NCBI GenBank assembly: GCA_903813345.2
Contig: CAIIXF020000001.1
Location: 20,894,001 to 20,958,000, forward strand
Length of the DNA: 64,000 bases
Reading direction: 5' to 3'
DNA from: Owenia fusiformis
Lineage: Eukaryota
In this document: positions 61,433-64,000 of the stretch, piece by piece
Layout of the letters: the number at the start of each line of letters is the position of its first letter
Position numbering within the stretch: position 1 is the first letter of the stretch
The notes under the pieces: generated by a model
Databases searched by the model: none
What the model saw: the letters and a program-made list of their open reading frames with translations, nothing else
Told to the model about the DNA's origin: nothing
Translations under genes and position numbers: made by a program

Positions 61433-64000
61433 TTCCTATAATTGGCTTTGTCGGAGCACGGCGACTATAAGAGACAATCCGGGTCTGTTTGTCCCGTAAA
61501 CAAATTAGTAGCCTCTTGCAAACGTGTGATAAGACAGCATAAAACCAAAATAAAAACAACTAGGATTCTACGAAATTCAGTTCCATTGAGATTAATTGCC
61601 TAGACAGAAGTTGGAAAAGTAAATCGACTTATCTTCACAGTGATCTTGTTAATTAAACATATTGATTCAATTGGAATTATTTTTTCTTCTTGATAAATCA
61701 AGATTATTAATTAGCAACGAAGCATATAATTCAAATGCGATAAAACTGCACAAATAAATGCAGATTTTCTACCTGTATACACAAATAGATGATTACATGC
61801 GTCAGAAAAATAGCAAAGCTTTCTAAGTTGAATCTCACTCAGTAGATGAATTTTCCCCTTAAATGTCCTTAAATACGAACTCATTTCTATTTTAGTTGGA
61901 TTAATAATTCGTAAAAACATAATTATGGTTATTAATATAGTCAAGTCTCAAAGGTTGTTGAGCGCTGGACATATATTAATCTAGTGCTGATTAATAGGCA
62001 AATTAAAAATAGTTAATCGACCAATTAACTAAAAATTGGGTATTCTCAACCAGCTACTTGATTTTCTATATCTGTTCGTCTAGTAATGATAATGACTGAT
62101 ATACCCTTTCATACCAAATAGCATATCAGAGAATAAGATAATGTTTCCCGAGTTTGTGGGCCTCGTTCATCAATCTCGATCTTACATTTTCATCAAAACA
62201 GAGGGTTACCATTAGAAATTCTAGAGAACAAACGATCTGCAGAATTTGTATTTATCTTTGTTTTGGCCTATCAAATTTGGTACATTTGACATTTGACAAG
62301 CATTACTTTTGTTTATTAAGAGCTGCATTCCATACTTCCGATTTATTTACTTTTTCAGCATATTACATACATTTAATACAATATACCAATCAGCTTGATA
62401 TCCCTTTGGATATATAAAGCATTTAATTACACTATTTTGTTATAAAATAATGACTTGTTCATTACACCACTTCTTGCTGAATCTTAAAAAACAAAAATAA
62501 ATCAAAATTTGAATAAGGAAAGAAAGTGGGAAAATGAGATATGCTTTTAGAAAGGGAGAGAAACTAAAACCAGTATCTATATTACATGATCATTTCACAT
62601 CATGAATTTAGATTGTGATGGTGAATATCATTGTGACTGTAATGGTGAATATGGACAAAAAGCAAAGGTTTTCAATCTACGTGTTCAAAGTCACAAGAGA
62701 CTGTTAACAAACCCGGCATCCAACAGTTGAAGGTGGAACACAGTCACTTCATTAATCACTCTAATTTCAGTGATTGGCATCGAGGAAAGTAACCTTCAAT
62801 CAACAACACTTTGAATAAAAATGAACAGTACAGCACTACCACAAAAGTCCAGAAACATTTGGGAGATATATTCTACAATAGTATGCATACCCTAGAATGA
62901 AGGCATGCCCTATAACCTGAGACCCAAGATCAGACCAGGATGCCATATCCAAAATAAGAGATATCCGGTCCCTTACCCAAGACGCGTATTGTATAATGCA
63001 CTACGTGTCACCTTACCACAGACATCTTGAATCGGACCAAAGACAGCAAAGAAATATGATGTTTTACCTTTAAACCTGTTTTTTTTCAAAGATAGCACAA
63101 ATGAAACATCATATAAAATGTAATTGAAAAAAGCTTACGAGTTGTTGACCCTTGGGAATGTCAAGAATTCAGGTCGGGTTACCTATGCAACTACTTACTA
63201 TAATATGAATTCTGATTCATAATTGCCAGACCATCTCTTAACCTGTCATAACAGGCGACATAAAATGCCAATGATATAACGTCTCTTAAAGACTAAATTT
63301 TAACCAATACTGTATTGTAAAATTGTAAAATGTATTTTTATCATGTAACTGTACTGTAATTGTTTTTTGCAATTGCTTTAACATGCTTATTCTTTAAAAT
63401 AAATAAATTATAAAAAAAGAAAAGAACTGTGACGCATATCGTTTTAACGTTGACAACATCTGCTTCAAATGGGCTTATTAGCCTATTGCAGATTATTGAC
63501 ATAGACATATAAAAATAGACATAGACAACAGAAGTGGGACAGAACAAAGTCATTGACTTTGCATTATCTTAATGAGATCCTCGTTAGATAAGTTCTCGTT
63601 CTCAGCCAAACCAATTGCAAATCATGACTTCGCATGGCATTAATGTTTCCATCAAGATCTCTTTCAAAATGAACATGCGGATTATCAGGTACAAGAAACT
63701 AAATTAACATATCACCGTTGTTCTAAAATTGCTAGGTGAACGACAGGAAGGGTGGAGACGGGTATAATTGTGACATATCTTGTCGGTGGGGCAAAACAGG
63801 ACGAGGTCGGGGTACTTTGGTTGGACATTGATTAGGAGGAAGAACTTAACACTGTTCCACAGCTGGATGACTGCAGTTAGCTTCATTCAAGATGGTTGCC
63901 GAAATTCTTTCGATTTCGATAAACCTCCGATTTCAGCTAAACTAAGTAGAATCTGGATGTTTCGCCATGCAAATTAATAAAGCTACGATGGTAAATAACC

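Overview
AT-rich eukaryotic (invertebrate animal, probably lophotrochozoan) genomic DNA; no prokaryotic features, rRNA, tRNA or CRISPR seen. Genes: the terminal DMA-domain exon of a DMRT transcription factor (+, 2323-3140); three long single-exon CDSs (BTB-BACK-Kelch-like, -, 22645-24582; secreted somatomedin-B/Cys-rich protein with a probable GPI signal, +, 27731-29761; ankyrin/6-TM TRPV-like channel, -, 36341-38458); and a small single-pass membrane protein gene whose two coding exons (58864-59128 and 45347-45450, -) I joined by eye across a 13.4 kb intron. The non-coding space is dense with DNA-transposon relics: two mariner remnants, MITEs with TA, TTA, TTAA and 9-bp target duplications, a CAC...GTG element, fold-backs, hairpin elements, short tandem arrays and decayed LINE pieces. 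Best leads: an extra hydrophobic segment in the TRPV-like ankyrin region, a 7TM-less GPI-type SMB protein with a furin site, a long-TIR mariner with D35D spacing and an apparent intron, RFX X-box motifs about 150 bp inside two different mariner ends, and a dispersed class of cruciform elements with GNA mini-hairpins. All calls were made by eye without database searches; nothing here is demonstrated to be a new system.
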